A stretch of 20,507 nucleotides of DNA from a candidate division WOR-3 bacterium (GTDB lineage: Bacteria > Hydrothermota > Tepidihabitantia > SM23-42 > CAYGYG01): positions 1-20,507 of the forward strand of contig CBFGIV010000041.1 in assembly GCA_965648915.1 (NCBI GenBank), in the 5' to 3' direction. Positions 1 to 7,843 of the stretch are shown piece after piece. Under the pieces are notes generated by a model. The model had not been told where the DNA came from and made no database searches. It saw only the letters and a list, made by a program, of their open reading frames with translations. Position 1 is the stretch's first letter; the number at the start of each line of letters is the position of its first letter. The position numbers were made by a program, and so were the translations under genes.

Positions 1-183
1 TTATTAAGTATCTTTCGGGTAGGTATTTTAATAATCAGGCGGTGTCAATTTATTAAATTTCCTCTTCGTTTAGAACCGGAGGCAGCATGAAAAAAGTGGA
101 GAGGACTCAGGAAAAAAAATGTAGATAGACCTGGAGATTCAACCGGTTGTCCGCCTGACCAGAAGACAATTTTTTTATTGGCC

Positions 184-212
184 TTGACGATCAGATTATT
201 TCCTGTTATAAT
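184..212 (+). promoter_or_regulatory. sigma70-type promoter of murA operon, predicted leaderless
   Basis: TTGACG (184-189), 17-bp spacer, extended -10 TG (204-205), TATAAT (207-212); ATG at 220 follows after 7 nt with no SD. Confidence 0.8.
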
Positions 213-219
213 CTCTTCG

Positions 220-1485
220 ATGGATAAGTTTGTCATCGAAGGTCAGAAAAGACTTGCTGGTAAGGTCAGAATCTCTGGAGCAAAAAACTCTGCCCTGCCC
301 ATAATTGCTGCCTCCTTAATAAGCCCGAAACCAAAAATACTCAAAAACATCCCCGATGTTGCAGATATTCATACTATGCTTGAACTGATCAAACACCTTG
401 GCGCTCGTGCCGAATTCGATAGAAAGAATAATATCCTGACAATCGATCCCTCGGTTATAAAAGCAACTGTTGCCCCTTATGAGATAGTCAAGAGGATGCG
501 TGCTTCATACTATGTCTTGGGTAGTTTACTGGCTCGTGAAGGTGAAGCAAAAGTATCTTTACCTGGAGGCTGTGCCATAGGTCCGAGACCGGTTGATCTC
601 CATATCAAAGGTTTACAGGAGCTCGGTGTTAATGTAAAAGTTGAACATGGTTATATTATCGCTCATAGTAAAAGAATTAGGGGCGGCCAAGTTTTTATCC
701 TTGGTCCCAAGGGGACATCAGTTGGGGCAACAATAAATATAATGATGGCAGCAGTCAGGGCCGAGGGAATTACCACTATTACTCCTGCAGCCATAGAGCC
801 AGAAGTGGTCGATGTGGCAAATTTCCTGAATCGGATGGGTGCCAAAATTTCGGGCGCAGGTACACCAAAGATAGTGATCCAAGGCGTTAAAGAACTTTTC
901 GATGCAGAGTATGAGGTGATTCCCGACCGCATTGAGGCAGGAACATTTGCCTGTGTCGCGGCAATTACAAATGGTGAAGTAACGATAGAAGATTGTAATC
1001 CGGATCATCTAACCGCAATCATTGAGAAATTGCGTGAGATGGAGATAGAGATTAAGATCGGCCAAAAATCCATAACCGTGAAAAATTCAGAAAGACCCAG
1101 TGCCACCAATATCACTGTCGGACCCTATCCTGGCTTTCCCACCGATACGCAGGCGCAATTTATGGCCTTACTCTCTATAGCCCGGGGTAAAGGGACAATA
1201 ACGGAGACGATATTCGAAAATCGTTTTATGCAGGCGGTTGAACTTATGAGAATGGGAGCAGATATAAACCTGGTCGGCAACACTGCAATAATAAATGGTG
1301 TTCCCAAATTGACCGGGGCAAAAGTTATGGCATCAGACCTGAGAGGGTCGGCTTCGCTGGTTATTGCCGGCCTTGCGGCTGAAGGTGAGACCGAGATCTC
1401 CCGGATCTACCATCTGGACCGGGGATATGAAAAGTTTGAGCAAAAACTCGCCTCACTGGGTGCAAAGATAAAAAGGATAAAATGA
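220..1485 (+). CDS. murA: UDP-N-acetylglucosamine 1-carboxyvinyltransferase
   Basis: MDKFVIEG start, SGAKNS, MRASY, LPGGCAIGPRPVDLH (catalytic Cys present), PDRIEAGT, PGFPTD, HLDRGYE. ATG 220 preferred to the track's TTG 178, which overlaps the promoter. Confidence 0.97.
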   Translation: MDKFVIEGQKRLAGKVRISGAKNSALPIIAASLISPKPKILKNIPDVADIHTMLELIKHLGARAEFDRKNNILTIDPSVIKATVAPYEIVKRMRASYYVLGSLLAREGEAKVSLPGGCAIGPRPVDLHIKGLQELGVNVKVEHGYIIAHSKRIRGGQVFILGPKGTSVGATINIMMAAVRAEGITTITPAAIEPEVVDVANFLNRMGAKISGAGTPKIVIQGVKELFDAEYEVIPDRIEAGTFACVAAITNGEVTIEDCNPDHLTAIIEKLREMEIEIKIGQKSITVKNSERPSATNITVGPYPGFPTDTQAQFMALLSIARGKGTITETIFENRFMQAVELMRMGADINLVGNTAIINGVPKLTGAKVMASDLRGSASLVIAGLAAEGETEISRIYHLDRGYEKFEQKLASLGAKIKRIK

Positions 1486-2555
1486 CAGGTAGATTACAAC
1501 CGGGTGAACGCCGGTCGACTAATATTGTAGCAATTGGTAACATCAAGATTGGCGGTAAAGAGCCGATTAGAGTTCAATCAATGACCAAGTGTGATACCCG
1601 GAATGTTAATAAGACATTATTTGAGATTGAACGACTTAAAAAAGCAGGATGTGAGATAGTGCGGATTGCCCTTCCGGATCAGAACGCAGTAGCATCATTC
1701 AGAGAGATTAGAAAGAGGGCCAGCATCCCCCTTGTTGCTGATATCCACTTCGACTATCGCTTAGCCCTATCGGCGATTGAGGCGGGTGCCGATAAGATAA
1801 GAATCAATCCAGGTAATATCGGTGGAAAAAACAGAATCGCTCTGGTGATCGAAAAGGCAAAAGAGAATAATATACCGATTAGAATTGGGGTTAATGCGGG
1901 TTCGATTGAAAAAGAAATTTTAAAAAAGAGAGGCAGTGCCTCGGTCCCGGCTATCTTAGAGAGTATTCAACGTTCGATCGACATCTTCACTTCCTGTAAT
2001 TTCTCAAATATTGTTCTTTCTGCAAAGACGACCGAAGTGCTTGAGACGGTCGAAATCTATCAGACCCTTGCCCGGACCTATCCCTATCCCCTCCATCTCG
2101 GTATCACTGAGGCGGGGCTACCTTTCAGGGGCGGACTCCGGAGCGGAGTTGGACTTGGTATATTGCTCTACAACAACATCGGTGATACAATTCGAGTCTC
2201 CCTGACCGGTGACCCGGTTCTCGAGGTTGTTGCCGGTTATGAGATATTAAGATCGCTTGGTTTGAGAGAGTATGGTCCAATCCTTATCTCCTGTCCCACC
2301 TGTGGCCGTTGTGAACTGGATATTATAAAGATTGCCAGTGAAGTTGAGGAGAGGCTCTGGTCGATTCATAAACCAATCAAAGTGGCGGTTATGGGTTGCT
2401 CGGTTAATGGCCCAGGCGAAGCAAAGGCTGCTGATATCGGTATTGCGGGTGGACGGCGAATGGGTGTAATAATAAAAAAGGGAAAGATAGTCAAGAAGGT
2501 CAGAGAATCGGCCCTGGTTGATGAGTTAATGGTGGAAATCGAAAAACTGGTTTGA
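1482..2555 (+). CDS. ispG: (E)-4-hydroxy-3-methylbut-2-enyl-diphosphate synthase (GcpE)
   Basis: VQSMT, ADIHFD, RINPGNIG, RIGVNAGS, HLGITEAG, GDTIRVSL, CPTCGR, MGCSVNGPGE; ATGA overlap with murA. Confidence 0.97.
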   Translation: MTGRLQPGERRSTNIVAIGNIKIGGKEPIRVQSMTKCDTRNVNKTLFEIERLKKAGCEIVRIALPDQNAVASFREIRKRASIPLVADIHFDYRLALSAIEAGADKIRINPGNIGGKNRIALVIEKAKENNIPIRIGVNAGSIEKEILKKRGSASVPAILESIQRSIDIFTSCNFSNIVLSAKTTEVLETVEIYQTLARTYPYPLHLGITEAGLPFRGGLRSGVGLGILLYNNIGDTIRVSLTGDPVLEVVAGYEILRSLGLREYGPILISCPTCGRCELDIIKIASEVEERLWSIHKPIKVAVMGCSVNGPGEAKAADIGIAGGRRMGVIIKKGKIVKKVRESALVDELMVEIEKLV

Positions 2556-2557
2556 AT

Positions 2558-3160
2558 ATGAGGATCTTACTCGTCGACAACTACGAAGTTGCTAACAGTC
2601 AACCATTTCAGCATCTCTATAATATTTTGACCCGGATAATCGACCAACCGATTGAAAGCATCCATTATAGTAATCTGACACCCCAGACTGATGTCTCTGG
2701 TTTCAATGCAATAATTCTGAGCGGATCCCAGAAACTCCTTTCGGAGCCGGGAATTTTTGAAGAGTATGCCAATCTTGCCGAAATAATAAGAAATACTACA
2801 AGACCCCTGCTTGGCATCTGTTTCGGTCATCAGTTATTGAGTCGAACATTTGGTGTGGACATCGTGAAGATGCCGGAGAAACTTCAGGGCTATTATATAA
2901 TCAAGGTTATAACGCCCGATCCCATTTTTGAAGGGCTGGGTAATGAATTTCTGGTTACAAAATCTCACCAGGAGATGGTTTCAACCGTTCCCTATGATTT
3001 TATCCTGCTGGCCAACTCACCAACGGTTCCGGTTGAAGTAATCCGCCATATCAATCGACCAGTATATGGTGTCCAGTTTCACCCTGAACGTTATGATCCA
3101 AAACACCCGGCAGGAAAGAAGATCTTAGAAAATTTTATAAGTATCGCATGGTTGTATTAA
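2558..3160 (+). CDS. stand-alone class I glutamine amidotransferase-like protein (GuaA-N / peptidase C26-like)
   Basis: MRILLVDN, IILSGS, nucleophile elbow LGICFGHQ, SHQE, GVQFHPE (Cys-His-Glu triad). ATG 2558 preferred; TTG 2552 is an alternative. Confidence 0.88.
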   Translation: MRILLVDNYEVANSQPFQHLYNILTRIIDQPIESIHYSNLTPQTDVSGFNAIILSGSQKLLSEPGIFEEYANLAEIIRNTTRPLLGICFGHQLLSRTFGVDIVKMPEKLQGYYIIKVITPDPIFEGLGNEFLVTKSHQEMVSTVPYDFILLANSPTVPVEVIRHINRPVYGVQFHPERYDPKHPAGKKILENFISIAWLY

Positions 3161-3170
3161 AAAATTCGGT

Positions 3171-4391
3171 ATGAAGCAGGATCTTGATCGATTAATGGCA
3201 GAGCGCAAGATTGATGCTATTATTGTCGATGGCTTTGGCCCTTACGACACCAACTTTTTCTATCTCACCCGGGTCCATCATCTCACCGGGATATTTGTTA
3301 AAAAGCAGAATGAAAAAGGAATACTGATTCACGGGATAATGGAAAGGGATGAGGCAAAAAAGACCGGGCTTGATCTTATTGAGATGAGTAAATATGAATA
3401 TAACAAAATTGTCGAAAAGGAACGGGACCGCATCAAAGCCTGGGCCAAGCTGCTCGGGAAGATAATCGGGGATCTCGGTATCAAGGGTAGAGTCTGTCTT
3501 TATGGCAATAAATCGGTTGGCAGTTCATATTTTTTAGTCAAATTTCTCCTGCGCGCAATTAAGGAGATAAAAATTGTCCACGAACCGGTTAAAACAATAC
3601 TGCAGGAAGCCCGTGAGACTAAAGACACAGAAGAGGTAAGACGGATAAGAGAGGTTGCGGCAAAGACTGAAGAGGCGGTTGGAGATTTGATAAATTTTAT
3701 CAAACAGCATAAGGTCCAGAACGGTCGACTTATAAAGGCCGATTGCCAATACTTAAAAATCAGAGACCTCAAAAGATTTTTGAGTAAAGCCCTGCTTGAG
3801 AGGGGGTTGATTGAGGTAACCGGAACAATTCTTTCGATCGGCCGTGATGCTGGTATCCCCCATTCGGTTGGTAACCTTGAGGATGAGATAGAGATGGGTA
3901 AGACAGTTATTGTTGATGTCTTTCCTCGAGAGATCGGCGGTGGCTATTTTTATGATTTTACACGCACCTTTGTCCTAGGCAGTGCAAGTCAGGAGATTGT
4001 TGATGCTTATAACCTCGTGGCTGAGGCCCAGACGATGTTGATAAAATCTTTTGCGCCGGGCAAGAAGACCCGAAATTATGAGTTAAAACTCTGTAAATTT
4101 TTCGAAAAATATGGCCATCCAACCCCGCTCAATTCACCCAATACCAAGGTAGGATATATACACTCCTTAGGACATGGATTGGGACTGGATGTGCACGAAA
4201 GACCAGTATTTGGTCTGGCCCGGACCAATCGCGATACAATTCAGCCGGGTTCGGTCTTTACAGTTGAACCGGGGTTGTATTATCCAGAAAAAGGATTCGG
4301 GATCAGACTTGAGGATGTTGTCTATATCTCACCCCAGGGCGAGGTTGAAAATCTATCGAAGTTTCCAAAAAAATTAATCATCGAGATTTAG
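3171..4391 (+). CDS. M24 family Xaa-Pro aminopeptidase/dipeptidase
   Basis: Metal-ligand motifs VDVFP, YDFTRT, HSLGHGLGLDVHE, TVEPGLY, GIRLED; creatinase-like N-terminal region. Confidence 0.92.
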   Translation: MKQDLDRLMAERKIDAIIVDGFGPYDTNFFYLTRVHHLTGIFVKKQNEKGILIHGIMERDEAKKTGLDLIEMSKYEYNKIVEKERDRIKAWAKLLGKIIGDLGIKGRVCLYGNKSVGSSYFLVKFLLRAIKEIKIVHEPVKTILQEARETKDTEEVRRIREVAAKTEEAVGDLINFIKQHKVQNGRLIKADCQYLKIRDLKRFLSKALLERGLIEVTGTILSIGRDAGIPHSVGNLEDEIEMGKTVIVDVFPREIGGGYFYDFTRTFVLGSASQEIVDAYNLVAEAQTMLIKSFAPGKKTRNYELKLCKFFEKYGHPTPLNSPNTKVGYIHSLGHGLGLDVHERPVFGLARTNRDTIQPGSVFTVEPGLYYPEKGFGIRLEDVVYISPQGEVENLSKFPKKLIIEI

Positions 4392-4457
4392 TGACTTCAC
4401 ATTGTTCTGTCCTGAGCCAATTAAAGAACTTAAGAGTAATTCGGAATTAACCACTGA

Positions 4458-4973
4458 TCAGATGTCTCTCATTAAAGATAGAATGTAGCCAAAAAGTTTT
4501 TCCCGATTTTCCCGCCTGAGTTCAAAGATCTGCACATCTTTACGTTTCTTAATATCAGCAATTAATCCTGTCCCTTTCAGTGCAATGGTGGCAATCAGAA
4601 TTTTATTCGAATCCAGAATTTTGATAATAAGATTCTGGAATTTATCAGAGAGGAGTTCCATCTTGCCAATCTCATCAATTATTATAAGTCTGGCTTCAGG
4701 ATTAAAAAAAGGGATTGAATCAAGAAATTTTTCAAATCCGACAACATCAACGCCATAGCGACCTACCCGCAAAGATGTCTTGAAGTCGATGTGGGCAAGA
4801 ATTCCTTTCTTACCATCAAAACTCTCTATCTCAAACCCCTGCCTTTGCCCTTCTCTTCTTATCTCTCGGGTAAAAAAACCGATCGGAAAATATGTCTTGA
4901 TCCTCTCGTAAACTTCGATAATAAAGGTCGTCTTCCCTGAGCCAGGTAAGCCAGCAACAAGGAGATTCTTCAT
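4458..4973 (-). CDS. THEP1/NTPase_1 family nucleoside-triphosphatase
   Basis: Walker A GLPGSGKTT, GFFTREIR..G.RQGF, VGRYGVD, Walker B IIIDEIGKME. ATG 4973 preferred to TTG 4997, which lies inside the promoter. Confidence 0.92.
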   Translation of the reverse strand: MKNLLVAGLPGSGKTTFIIEVYERIKTYFPIGFFTREIRREGQRQGFEIESFDGKKGILAHIDFKTSLRVGRYGVDVVGFEKFLDSIPFFNPEARLIIIDEIGKMELLSDKFQNLIIKILDSNKILIATIALKGTGLIADIKKRKDVQIFELRRENREKLFGYILSLMRDI

Positions 4974-4980
4974 TATCAAA

Positions 4981-5008
4981 ATTATACCATAACTCAATGA
5001 TAAATCAA
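4981..5008 (-). promoter_or_regulatory. sigma70-type promoter of NTPase gene, predicted leaderless
   Basis: Minus strand TTGATT (5008-5003), 16 bp, TGG-TATAAT (TATAAT 4986-4981), 7 nt, ATG 4973; no SD. Confidence 0.75.
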
Positions 5009-5075
5009 TAGATTTTAAATTTATAGCGAATTAAAGGTCAAAGTGCTTACTTCACTCCTTATGTCCATTTTTCTC

Positions 5076-5103
5076 TTGATTTTTCAAAAATTTTGATTAT
5101 AAT
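5076..5103 (+). promoter_or_regulatory. sigma70-type promoter of oxidoreductase operon
   Basis: TTGATT (5076-5081), 16 bp, TATAAT (5098-5103); gives a ~100-nt leader with SD AAGGAG at 5199-5204. Confidence 0.7.
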
Positions 5104-5149
5104 TAAATTAAGAATTTTCGAAAATCAGATATTCCTTTCTGATCGATAA

Positions 5150-5191
5150 ATGGTTTTTTCCCAGAAAATTCTTGTTATTTTAATTGTCTGA
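5150..5191 (+). CDS. putative branched-chain-amino-acid-rich leader peptide MVFSQKILVILIV
   Basis: ATG GTT TTT TCC CAG AAA ATT CTT GTT ATT TTA ATT GTC TGA in the leader of the VOR-type operon; it has no SD of its own. Confidence 0.35.
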   Translation: MVFSQKILVILIV

Positions 5192-5212
5192 ATTTAACAA
5201 GGAGTTTTTAAT

Positions 5213-5440
5213 ATGCCTGAAGCAAGAATCTTAGAGGATATCTGTAAAGGTTGTGAACTATGTATCCTGGCCTGTCCGGTCAAGATAATTGTCCTGGCTG
5301 AATATATCAATAAACATGGTTATCATCCTGCAAAGGTAACTGACCAGAGCAAATGTATAGGATGCGGTTATTGTTATATAGTCTGTCCTGAGCCTGCAAT
5401 TGAGGTCTATAAAGAAGAGGTTAAGGCAGGTAAAAAATAG
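5213..5440 (+). CDS. 2x[4Fe-4S] ferredoxin-like delta subunit of 2-oxoacid:ferredoxin oxidoreductase
   Basis: CKGCELCILACP and CIGCGYCYIVCP; SD AAGGAG; first gene of operon. Confidence 0.93.
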   Translation: MPEARILEDICKGCELCILACPVKIIVLAEYINKHGYHPAKVTDQSKCIGCGYCYIVCPEPAIEVYKEEVKAGKK

Positions 5441-5448
5441 GAGAATAG

Positions 5449-6522
5449 ATGGCGGAAAGAATCTTGATGCGCGGTAATCACGCAATTGTCGAAGGGGTAA
5501 TATCGGCCGGTTGCCGATTCTTTGCCGGATATCCAATTACACCACAGAATGAGATTCCTGAATATATGTCAGTAAGGATGGCTGAAGTCGGTGGCACATT
5601 TCTGCAAACTGAGAGTGAACTCGCTGCAATCAATATGCTTTTTGGAGCTGCAGCCACTGGTAAGAGGGCGATGACTTCTTCATCCAGTCCAGGAATAAGT
5701 TTGATGCAGGAAGGTCTCTCTTATATTGCCGGCTCTGACATCCCGGTTCTTGTTGTTAATGTTATTCGCGGTGGTCCAGGGCTGGGTAATATTGCACCGG
5801 CACAGAGTGACTATTTTCAGGCGACACGCGGTGGCGGACACGGCGACTATTATACCATCTGTCTTGCGCCCTACTCGGTTCAGGAGATGTTCGAATTTCC
5901 TAAGTTGGGTTTTGAACTGGGGGAGAAATACCGTGTGCCGGTTATAATACTGGCTGATGGTCTGCTGGGCCAGATGATGGAACCGATGGAATATACCTAT
6001 GCGCCGATCGACCCGGAAAAACTTCCTGAACCAGAATGGGCTCTTACCGGCTGCAAAGGGAGAGAACGCCGGGTTGTCCGATCTTATGACTTAAGGCCGG
6101 GTAAACTTGAGGAATGGAATTTAAGGCGGATGGAGACATATAAACTGATCTGCGAAAGAGAAGCCCGTTTTGAAGTTAAAGATTGTGAAGATGCCGATGT
6201 TATCATTGTCGCTTATGGCACCTCGGCCCGGGTCTCGATGGCCGCAGTTCGGCAATTGAGGCAGAAAGGGATAAAGGTCGGCCTCTTCCGACCCATTACC
6301 CTCTGGCCTTATCCGAAAAAGGAATTAAGAAAATTTGCCGAACGGACCAAGAAGATGCTGGTCGTGGAGATGAGTTTGGGTCAGATGATTGACGATGTTG
6401 AATTGAGTGTTTGCGGAAAAGCAGATGTCTTCTTCCACGGTCGGCCCGGGGGTGGGATCCCAACTTCAGCCGAGTTGATTGAAAAGATTGAGAATATAAT
6501 CTCGGGTAAGGAGGTAAGATGA
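5449..6522 (+). CDS. vorB: 2-oxoacid:ferredoxin oxidoreductase alpha subunit, VorB (2-ketoisovalerate)-like
   Basis: GYPITPQNE, QTESELAA, MTSSSSPGISLMQE, RGGPGLGNIAPAQSDY, GGGHGDY, FRPITLWP, VEMSLGQM. Substrate specificity is inferred from family resemblance. Confidence 0.88.
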   Translation: MAERILMRGNHAIVEGVISAGCRFFAGYPITPQNEIPEYMSVRMAEVGGTFLQTESELAAINMLFGAAATGKRAMTSSSSPGISLMQEGLSYIAGSDIPVLVVNVIRGGPGLGNIAPAQSDYFQATRGGGHGDYYTICLAPYSVQEMFEFPKLGFELGEKYRVPVIILADGLLGQMMEPMEYTYAPIDPEKLPEPEWALTGCKGRERRVVRSYDLRPGKLEEWNLRRMETYKLICEREARFEVKDCEDADVIIVAYGTSARVSMAAVRQLRQKGIKVGLFRPITLWPYPKKELRKFAERTKKMLVVEMSLGQMIDDVELSVCGKADVFFHGRPGGGIPTSAELIEKIENIISGKEVR

Positions 6523-7292
6523 AGATGATTTTCGGCCGTCCTGAAGGGCTAACACCGATTCTGCAACGTTACTGTCCCGGCTGCGGGCATGGTATTGTTC
6601 ACAAATTGATCGGTGAACTCCTGATCGAGATGAATATAAGGGAAAAGGCCGTAGGAATTGCACCGGTCGGCTGTTCAGTATTTGCCGATGAATATTTCAA
6701 TTGTGATATGATTCAGGTTCCCCACGGCCGGGCCTGTGCAGTTGCGACCGGAATTAAAAGGGCCCGACCCGACCTTTTTGTCTTCTCCTATCAAGGGGAT
6801 GGTGACCTGGCGGCAATCGGAACCGCTGAGACCATTCATTCAGCTGCACGTAACGAAAATTTCTCAGTAATCTTCATCAATAATGGAATCTATGGGATGA
6901 CCGGTGGACAGCTTGCTCCAACTACTCTCCCCGGGATGAGAACCACAACTTCGGTCAGTGGCCGCGACATCAAACGGGCGGGTAATCCTTTAAGGGTTTG
7001 TGAACTGCTGAACGCCCTTGATGGGCCGGCCTATCTGGTCCGAACATCAGTCCATAATGCCCAGGCAGTTATTAAAACTAAAAAAGCCCTGAAGCATGCA
7101 TTCCAGTTACAACTCGACAATGCTGGTTTTTCTCTGGTTGAAATTCTCTCGATGTGCCCAACGGGCTGGGGACTCCTGCCCCGTGATGCAGTTAAGTGGG
7201 TTGAAGAGAAGATGGCAAAATACTATCCCCTCGGTGAATTCCGGGATGTTACCAAGACCAAAGTGTCGGTTAATCAAGGAGCGTTACAATGA
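6519..7292 (+). CDS. 2-oxoacid:ferredoxin oxidoreductase beta (TPP-binding) subunit
   Basis: YCPGCGHG, PVGC, HGRA, YQGDGD...NNGIYGMTGGQ TPP motif, MCPTGW; ATGA overlap with upstream gene. Confidence 0.94.
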   Translation: MKMIFGRPEGLTPILQRYCPGCGHGIVHKLIGELLIEMNIREKAVGIAPVGCSVFADEYFNCDMIQVPHGRACAVATGIKRARPDLFVFSYQGDGDLAAIGTAETIHSAARNENFSVIFINNGIYGMTGGQLAPTTLPGMRTTTSVSGRDIKRAGNPLRVCELLNALDGPAYLVRTSVHNAQAVIKTKKALKHAFQLQLDNAGFSLVEILSMCPTGWGLLPRDAVKWVEEKMAKYYPLGEFRDVTKTKVSVNQGALQ

Positions 7293-7822
7293 CCCAGGAG
7301 ATCATCATTGCTGGTTTTGGTGGGCAGGGGGTTATATCAATGGGCATCATCCTCGCTAACGCCGGTATGATTGAAGATCGATATGTCACCTTCTTCCCCT
7401 CTTATGGTGCTGAAATGAGAGGCGGGACAGCAAACTGCTCGGTTGTAATCTCATCTGAGCCGATTGCCTCACCGGTTGTTGCCCAGCCCGATGTTGTGAT
7501 GGTACTCAATGAACCTTCCTTAATTAGATTTGAGCCTCAGGTTAAAAAAGATGGTTTCCTTATCTTCAACAAGACGCTAATTAAATCAAAACCGACTCGA
7601 AACGATATAAAGATCTTCCCGATTCCGGCAAGTGCGGTGGCTGAAGAATTAGGCAGTGGGCGTATCGCCAATATGGTGATGCTCGGCGCTTATATCAAAA
7701 TTACCAGGATTGTCGCCCTGGAAAGTTTGCAGAAAGCCCAGCGGATTGTCTTCAAAAAGGCGAAGGAGCAGATGTTGCAACTGAATGACACTGCCCTCCA
7801 CCGGGGCTTTGGATTGGTTTGA
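7289..7822 (+). CDS. 2-oxoacid:ferredoxin oxidoreductase gamma subunit
   Basis: AGFGGQGV, PSYGAEMRGG, ANMVMLGA; ATGA overlap. Confidence 0.94.
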   Translation: MTQEIIIAGFGGQGVISMGIILANAGMIEDRYVTFFPSYGAEMRGGTANCSVVISSEPIASPVVAQPDVVMVLNEPSLIRFEPQVKKDGFLIFNKTLIKSKPTRNDIKIFPIPASAVAEELGSGRIANMVMLGAYIKITRIVALESLQKAQRIVFKKAKEQMLQLNDTALHRGFGLV

Positions 7823-7843
7823 ATCTTTGGGCGAGGGGATTGA

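Noticed and set aside
45..236. 63-aa minus-strand ORF
   Set aside because: Overlaps the murA start and promoter; low-complexity composition, no recognisable motif
559..603. Fosfomycin-resistant MurA variant
   Set aside because: The active-site Cys is retained (PGGCAIG), not replaced by Asp
5184..5200. Rex-like operator TTGTCTGAATTTAACAA
   Set aside because: 17 bp rather than the 18-bp Rex dyad, and only one half-site fits
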